From positions 66,780 to 130,779 of the forward strand of contig CAVURS010000003.1 in assembly GCA_963743975.1 (NCBI GenBank): a DNA stretch of 64,000 bases. Reading direction: 5' to 3'. Source of the DNA: an uncultured Actinomycetota bacterium (lineage in GTDB: Bacteria > Actinomycetota > Actinomycetes > Actinomycetales > CAVURS01). Position 1 is the first letter of the stretch, and each line of letters opens with the position of its first letter. Shown here one piece after another: positions 59,052 through 64,000 of the stretch. Below the pieces are notes generated by a model. It was not told the origin of the DNA. It saw nothing but the letters and a program-made list of their open reading frames with translations, and ran no database searches. The translations under genes were made by a program, and so were the position numbers.

Positions 59052-60054
59052 AGGACAGACCGTCCTGACCGAGCCGGACACCGATGTCGGAGGTGCCGCG
59101 CCGGCGTCCCGCCGCACGCTGCCGAAGCTCTCCTCGACCGCCATGCTGATCGCCGGCTCGCTGGTGGTCATCGCGTTCTTCGCCGTCGACCTGCGCGACT
59201 CCGGCTTCATGACCCTGAGCAACACCCAGAACGTCGTCGCCCAGGCCACCGTCATCAGCATCCTGGCGGTGGGGAACGTCTTCGTGCTGACTGCCGGCGA
59301 GATCGACCTCTCCTTCGCGAACATCGTGCCGCTGTCCGGTGTGGTCCTGGCGATGAGCGAGCCCCACATCGGCATCGTGCCGGCCGTCGGCGCCGCGATC
59401 CTCTCCGGCGTCGTCGCCGGGTTCGTCAACGGCTTCATCACGGTCCGCGTCGGGGTGCCGTCGTTCATCGTGACGCTCGGCATGATGGAGGTGCTGGACG
59501 GCGTCACCCAGTGGGTGTCGAGCCAGCAGTCCCTGCCGGTCGCGAACTCCGTCTTCGACAACCTGTTCGGCTCGGCCCAGGTCGGGCCGATCTCGGTCCT
59601 CGTCTTCTGGACCGTGCTGATCGGCCTGGTCGGCGCCTGGCTGCTGCAGCGCACGTCGTACGGGCGGATGACCGCGGCCACCGGGGGCAACGAGACGGCC
59701 GCGAGGTACTCCGGGATCCGGACCGACCGGGTCCGCATGTCGGTGTTCGTCCTGAACGGCGGCCTGGCCGCGGTCGGCGGGCTGCTGTACGTCGGCCAGC
59801 TGCACGGCGCGAGCTACCAGTACGGCGGGAGCAGCGACCTGATCCTGACGCTGGCCGCGGTGATCATCGGAGGGACGGCGATGAGCGGCGGCCGGGGGCG
59901 GATCCTCGGCGCGATCGTCGGCAGCCTGCTGCTCGGCTTCATCGCCAACGGGCTGGTGATGATGGGTCTGTCGATCCAGGCCCAGCTCGCCCTCAAGGGC
60001 CTGATCATCGTGGCGGCCGTGACCGTCAGCGGCCGCACGAAGAATCGGGCCTGA
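59038..60054 (+). CDS. sugar ABC transporter permease (RbsC/AraH-like)
   Basis: Intact ORF overlapping the ATPase gene by 14 nt. It has about 10 TM spans and the motif ATGGNETAARYSGI. Confidence 0.9.
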
Positions 60055-60057
60055 GCC

Positions 60058-61314
60058 GTGGTCCCCGGCGAGGCCGGCGCGCGCGCCGCGGCCGGCGTGG
60101 ACGAGGCCGAGGTCGTGGACCTCCTCCGGCGGCTGGTCGAGGTGCCGAGCGTCACGGGCGCCGAGACCGAGGTCGCCCGGCTCAGCGCCCGGGAGCTGAG
60201 AGCCACTGGCTGCGAGGACGTCGAGACGTTCGAGTTCGCCACCGGCCGGGAGAACGCCTACGGCGCGCTGAAGGGCAGCGGCGGCGGCCCCACTCTGGCC
60301 CTGCTCGGCCACCTGGACACGGTCCACGTGCAGGGATGGTCGCAGCGGTGGGCCGGCACGCCGGCCGAGAGCCCGTTCGGCGGCGCGATCGTCGACGGCG
60401 AGCTCTACGGCCGCGGCGCCGCGGACCAGAAGGCAGGGGTCGCCGTCGCGATGGCCGCGGCTCGGGCCGTGCGCCGCGCCGGCCTGCGGACCAAGGGGGA
60501 CGTGGTCTTCGCCTTCGTCGGTGACGAGGAGGGCGGCGAGGAGGGCTCGGGCTACAGCGAGGGCATCAAGGCGGTCGTGTCCCGGATGCGCAGCGGCGAC
60601 ATCCCCGTCCCCGACTTCGCGATCTACACCGAGCCGACGGACCTCAGGGTCGCGGTCGCGCAGATCGGGTTCTTCATCGCCGAGGTGGAGATCGTCGGGC
60701 AGAGCGTCTACTTCGCCGAACCCTGGCTGGGGGTCGACGCCGTCCGCGCCGGTCACGACGTGCAGACAGCGCTCTACGCGTACTCCGACGAGCTCATGGA
60801 GCGAGCACCCCACCCCCTGCTGGGGCGGAACATCCTCGTGGTCACCGGAATCGGTGGTGGCGGCTACATCTCGGTGCCCGGTGACTGCACCATCTCGCTG
60901 ATCCGGACGCTCATGCCGGACGAGACGATGGACCACGCCCGTGACGAGCTGGAGGCGCGGGTCCGGGCGGTGCGGCTGCCGGAGGGCGCTTCCGTGCGGT
61001 TCCGCTACACCTCGCCGCGCGACCACCCCGTCGGGGGCGCACCGGGGCAGGTGGCCGGGGACGACCCGGGGGTGGGCGCGCTGTGCCGGGCCTTCGAGCA
61101 GCAGATGGAGCGCCCGGCCGAGCTGAGCGGGTTCACCGCCTGGTCCGAGATCCCGTTCCTGACCGCGGCGTTCGGCACCCCGGGCGTCTACTTCGCACCG
61201 GGCGACCTGCAGAGCTGCCACACCACCGAGGAGCACGTGAACGTCTCCGACGTGGTCGCCGCGACCCGCGTCCTGGCCCGGTTCATCGTGGACTACTGCG
61301 GGGTGGAGGACTAG
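60058..61314 (+). CDS. M20-family metallohydrolase (ArgE/DapE/deacylase-like)
   Basis: GTG lies 4 nt after the permease stop. LLGHLDTVHV, LYGRGAADQKAG, FVGDEEGGEEGSG, and a C-terminal CHTTEEHV. Confidence 0.85.
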   Translation: MVPGEAGARAAAGVDEAEVVDLLRRLVEVPSVTGAETEVARLSARELRATGCEDVETFEFATGRENAYGALKGSGGGPTLALLGHLDTVHVQGWSQRWAGTPAESPFGGAIVDGELYGRGAADQKAGVAVAMAAARAVRRAGLRTKGDVVFAFVGDEEGGEEGSGYSEGIKAVVSRMRSGDIPVPDFAIYTEPTDLRVAVAQIGFFIAEVEIVGQSVYFAEPWLGVDAVRAGHDVQTALYAYSDELMERAPHPLLGRNILVVTGIGGGGYISVPGDCTISLIRTLMPDETMDHARDELEARVRAVRLPEGASVRFRYTSPRDHPVGGAPGQVAGDDPGVGALCRAFEQQMERPAELSGFTAWSEIPFLTAAFGTPGVYFAPGDLQSCHTTEEHVNVSDVVAATRVLARFIVDYCGVED

Positions 61315-61417
61315 CCGATCGCGGGTGATGCCGCGTCCCGTCGCGGTGCCCCCGGGTCGCCGGAGGCGCATGATGGTCGCGAGGCCGGGCGCCGCCCGGC
61401 TCGAAGGAGTGAGCGAC

Positions 61418-61582
61418 ATGTGGATCGCGATCATCATCATCGTCGTCCTGCTCGGCGCAGCGCTGGCCTGGCTGGCCAAGCGCTCCAGGGAGGCGGACGA
61501 CGAGCTCGCCGACATGAACAAGGGGCACACCAACGGGCCCGCGATCTTCGGGATCTTCTCCCGGGACCGTCGCCGCGGCTGA
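61418..61582 (+). CDS. small single-TM protein
   Basis: ATG 61418 follows GAAGGAG (alternative GTG 61409). MWIAIIIIVVLLGAALAWLAKRSREADDE... Confidence 0.4.
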   Translation: MWIAIIIIVVLLGAALAWLAKRSREADDELADMNKGHTNGPAIFGIFSRDRRRG

Positions 61583-61762
61583 GCCCTCCCGCCGGACATT
61601 CGGGGGACAAGAAATGCACGGTCGGTGACCTGCGGCAATACCTCCGTCACCTTTATTCTCGGCATTGTTGTCGGGTCATTCTTCGAATGGCGCGCCACCC
61701 CCGCGCGCCCTACCGTCGACACCGCCATACGGACTCGGGGACGGCGATAGGGAGACGGAAAG

Positions 61763-62278
61763 ATGAGCGCTCAGCCTGAGGCCAGCGGGCCGGTCAGCCC
61801 AGCGGTGGCGGCCGACCACCACCCCTCGAGCACCAGCCCTTCGGCGGCGCCCGGAACCGTCCGGGCGGCGGTCGCGATCATGGTCCTGCGGGCCGTCCTG
61901 GCTCTGCTGGTCGTCGTGATCCTGTTCGCGGCGAAGGACACCCTGCGTCGTGCGGTGCTGAAGAAGAACCCCGGCTGGGATCCCTCGCGGGTCGACCAGG
62001 GGGTGAACACCGTCGTCGGAATCGGGGTGTTCTTCGCGGTCGTCTACCTCGTGCTGTACCTGCTGCTGGCCTGGCAGGTCTCTCAGGGGAAGAACTGGGC
62101 TCGCATCGTCACCTGGGTGCTGGCGGGGCTCGCCGTCGTGAGCCAGCTCGGGTCGCTCGCCCTGGCGGCCGCGCCGGCCAGCCGCATCGCCGGCCTGGTC
62201 GAGCTGGTCCTGGACGTGGCGCTGATCGTCCTGCTGGCCACCTCGTCGAGCAACCGCTACTTCCGGAACAGCGCCTGA
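61763..62278 (+). CDS. hypothetical integral membrane protein
   Basis: ATG follows GGAGA. Pro/Ser-rich N-terminus followed by four TM spans. Confidence 0.55.
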   Translation: MSAQPEASGPVSPAVAADHHPSSTSPSAAPGTVRAAVAIMVLRAVLALLVVVILFAAKDTLRRAVLKKNPGWDPSRVDQGVNTVVGIGVFFAVVYLVLYLLLAWQVSQGKNWARIVTWVLAGLAVVSQLGSLALAAAPASRIAGLVELVLDVALIVLLATSSSNRYFRNSA

Positions 62279-62318
62279 CCGGTTGCCTGCGCTGCGCCGT
62301 TCGGGCACGATCGTGCGC

Positions 62319-62369
62319 ATGTCCCGACGCCTCGTGAGCTGGTGGCGGTCGTCCGAGCGGCGACCCTGA
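62319..62369 (+). promoter_or_regulatory. 16-codon leader ORF with tandem Trp codons upstream of trpS
   Basis: ATG TCC CGA CGC CTC GTG AGC TGG TGG CGG TCG TCC GAG CGG CGA CCC TGA translates to MSRRLVSWWRSSERRP. It lies 103 nt upstream of the trpS ATG and is followed by GC hairpins (for example GGCTGCC/GGCAGCC at 62384-62404). Confidence 0.6.
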
Positions 62370-62436
62370 CCATCCACGTCCTGGGCTGCCCTCTCGCGGC
62401 AGCCTCGGCGGACCAGGTGTCCGGCTGGTGCACGTG

Positions 62437-62455
62437 ACGGGGCGGCCTCCGTTTC
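62437..62455 (+). terminator. terminator-like hairpin at the end of the trpS leader
   Basis: ACGGGG-CGGC-CTCCGT followed by TTC. The 3' arm CTCC could alternatively pair with the trpS SD (AAGGAGA at 62456-62462). The stem is weak. Confidence 0.3.
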
Positions 62456-62471
62456 AAGGAGACCGGAACCC

Positions 62472-63581
62472 ATGTCCCACCTCACACCGTCCCAGCGCGC
62501 AGCCGTGGACCGCAGTGCGCTGCTGGAGAAACGAATCACCCATGACCCCAGCGGTTTTCGCGTCCTGAGCGGAGACCGCCCGACCGGTCCGCTGCACGTC
62601 GGTCACTACCTCGGCACGCTGGCCAACCGGGTACGGCTGCAGGACCTCGGCGTCGAGGTCGTCGTGCTGGTCGCGGACTACCAGGTCATGACCGACCGGC
62701 CGGCCGGCGGGGACCTGGCCGCGACCGTCCGCGGCCTCGTGGCCGACTACCTCGCCGCGGGCATCGACCCGGACCGGTCGACGATCTTCACGCACAGCGC
62801 CGTACCGTCCCTCAACGAGCTCGTCCTGCCGTTCCTCAGCCTGGTCAGTGACGCCGAGCTGCACCGCAACCCGACGGTCAAAGGGGAGACCGAGGCCACC
62901 GGCCGGCCGCCGACCGGGCTGATGCTCACGTACCCCGTCCACCAGGCCGCCGACATCCTGTTCTGCCACGCCAACCTGGTCCCCGTCGGGCTCGACCAGC
63001 TCCCGCACCTGGAGACCACGCGCCTCGTCGCGCGCCGGTTCAACGAGCGGTACGCCGCGGGCTCGCCGGTGTTCCCGGAGCCGGACGCCTTGCTCACCCG
63101 CAGCCCGATGCTCGCCGGACTGGACGGCCGGAAGATGAGCAAGACCCGGCGCAACGGCATCGCCCTGCAGGCCGGCGAGGACGAGACCGCCGCCCTGATC
63201 CGCCGTGCGCCGACGGACGGCGATCGCCGGATCACCTACGACCCCAACGGCCGGCCGGCCGTCGCCAGCCTCCTCGACCTGCTGGCCGCCTGCACCGGTG
63301 CGGACCCACGGCAGCTGGCCGAGCAGATCGGCGACGCCGGAGCCGGCCGGCTCAAGCAGCTGCTGACCGAGGCGGTGAACGGGCTGCTCGGGCCGCTGCG
63401 ACGGCGCCGGGCCGACCTGCTGCGCGACCCGGCGTACCTCGACGCGGTCCTCGACGCCGGAAACGCGCGGGCGCGTCGTCTCGCCGACCGCACGCTCGCC
63501 ACGGTTCACGAGCGCCTGGGGATGACGTACGCGAACCGGGCCTCGGCCGGGTTGCCCCGGCAGACCTCGGGGGCATACTGA
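62472..63581 (+). CDS. trpS: tryptophan--tRNA ligase, auxiliary (TrpRS II-like) type
   Basis: Intact 369-aa ORF. Class I motifs GPLHVGHYLG (HIGH) and KMSKT, and the Trp-specific context VLVADYQVMTD. The N-terminal extension and SGDRPTG context resemble second-copy TrpRS enzymes. Confidence 0.85.
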   Translation: MSHLTPSQRAAVDRSALLEKRITHDPSGFRVLSGDRPTGPLHVGHYLGTLANRVRLQDLGVEVVVLVADYQVMTDRPAGGDLAATVRGLVADYLAAGIDPDRSTIFTHSAVPSLNELVLPFLSLVSDAELHRNPTVKGETEATGRPPTGLMLTYPVHQAADILFCHANLVPVGLDQLPHLETTRLVARRFNERYAAGSPVFPEPDALLTRSPMLAGLDGRKMSKTRRNGIALQAGEDETAALIRRAPTDGDRRITYDPNGRPAVASLLDLLAACTGADPRQLAEQIGDAGAGRLKQLLTEAVNGLLGPLRRRRADLLRDPAYLDAVLDAGNARARRLADRTLATVHERLGMTYANRASAGLPRQTSGAY

Positions 63582-63644
63582 ACAGCTCCTGTGCGGACGC
63601 GGTATCGGCCCTCCAGGTTCGTGGGCGGAAGGGCGCGGTGGGAC

Positions 63645-64000
63645 ATGGCGCTGAACGACTCGGACGACCACTACGAGCTGGTCCGCGAGCTGCTGTCCCA
63701 GCCGGAGGAGGAGCACAACCTCCCCCGCATCCTCGAGCGCTTCATGGAGCTGGTGCCGGCGGCGGACTTCGCCGGCATCTCGCTGCGGCGCGGCAAGGGC
63801 CGGGTCGAGACACCGGCCCTCACCGCGCCGATCGTGGCCGACCTTGACGGCGCGCAGTACGAGCTCGGCGAGGGTCCGTGCCTGGACGCGATCTGGGTGC
63901 AGGACACGGTCGTCATCGACGACACGGCGCGGGACGAGCGGTGGCCGCGCTGGGGCCCGCGAGCAGCGGAGATCGGCGCCCGCAGCGTCCTCAGCGTGCG
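63645..64000 (+). CDS. GAF-domain protein, probably GAF-ANTAR RNA-binding regulator (5' part; runs off the window)
   Basis: ATG 63645. The frame is open to the window end and is not in the ORF track. MALNDSDDHYELVRELLSQ...FAGISLRRGKGRVETPA...YELGEGPCLDAIW. The GEGPCLDA motif is typical of actinobacterial GAF-ANTAR proteins. Confidence 0.65.
   Translation, partial: MALNDSDDHYELVRELLSQPEEEHNLPRILERFMELVPAADFAGISLRRGKGRVETPALTAPIVADLDGAQYELGEGPCLDAIWVQDTVVIDDTARDERWPRWGPRAAEIGARSVLSV

Noticed and set aside
61624-61709. Inverted repeats GGTGAC/GTCACC (61624-61651, followed by TTTATTCTC) and GGCGCGC/GCGCGCC (61689-61709) after the small membrane gene.
   Set aside because: The first has a 16-nt loop and only 6 bp of stem. 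The second is a generic GC palindrome. Either could be a terminator or operator, but the evidence is too thin to annotate.

Overview
Very GC-rich, actinobacterial-type chromosomal DNA. It is densely coding, and I saw no rRNA, tRNA, CRISPR array, IS element or prophage. Main blocks: (1) 1-7.6 kb holds membrane proteins, a hemerythrin, a GT1 glycosyltransferase, a NarL-type two-component pair and a MarR gene. (2) 7.6-25.1 kb is an aromatic funnel. It contains an MFS transporter, an acyl-CoA side-chain module on the minus strand (crotonase, acetoacetyl-CoA-synthetase-like ligase, 3-hydroxyacyl-CoA dehydrogenase, FadD-type ligase, amidohydrolase), a MetE-like methyltransferase, pobA, an IclR regulator and a complete pcaHGBLFIJ operon. 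(3) 25-33 kb holds an AraC/GT-C/membrane operon, an orphan protein, a DHFR-like protein and a membrane-anchored LuxR regulator whose sensor half is paralogous to the histidine kinases in this window. (4) 33-41 kb holds a PAS-GGDEF-EAL protein with an odd recombinase-like HTH tail, divergent from a TasA-like/SipW-type signal peptidase pair, followed by a TetR/MFS pair. (5) 42-51 kb holds a crotonyl-CoA-reductase-like gene, a PotABCD-type ABC importer, an enoyl-CoA hydratase and an NDP-forming acyl-CoA synthetase. (6) 51-64 kb holds transporters, a small secreted Cys peptide, a sugar-type ABC operon ending in an M20 hydrolase, and an auxiliary-type trpS preceded by a 16-codon leader ORF with tandem Trp codons. 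Technical caveat: between about 5.0 and 44.6 kb at least 38 single-base frame breaks interrupt otherwise well-conserved genes, and there are none in the last 19 kb. I list those genes as frame-disrupted (pseudogene type), but base-calling or assembly error looks more likely than decay. All functional calls come from reading the translated ORFs for motifs I recognise. No database search was possible.
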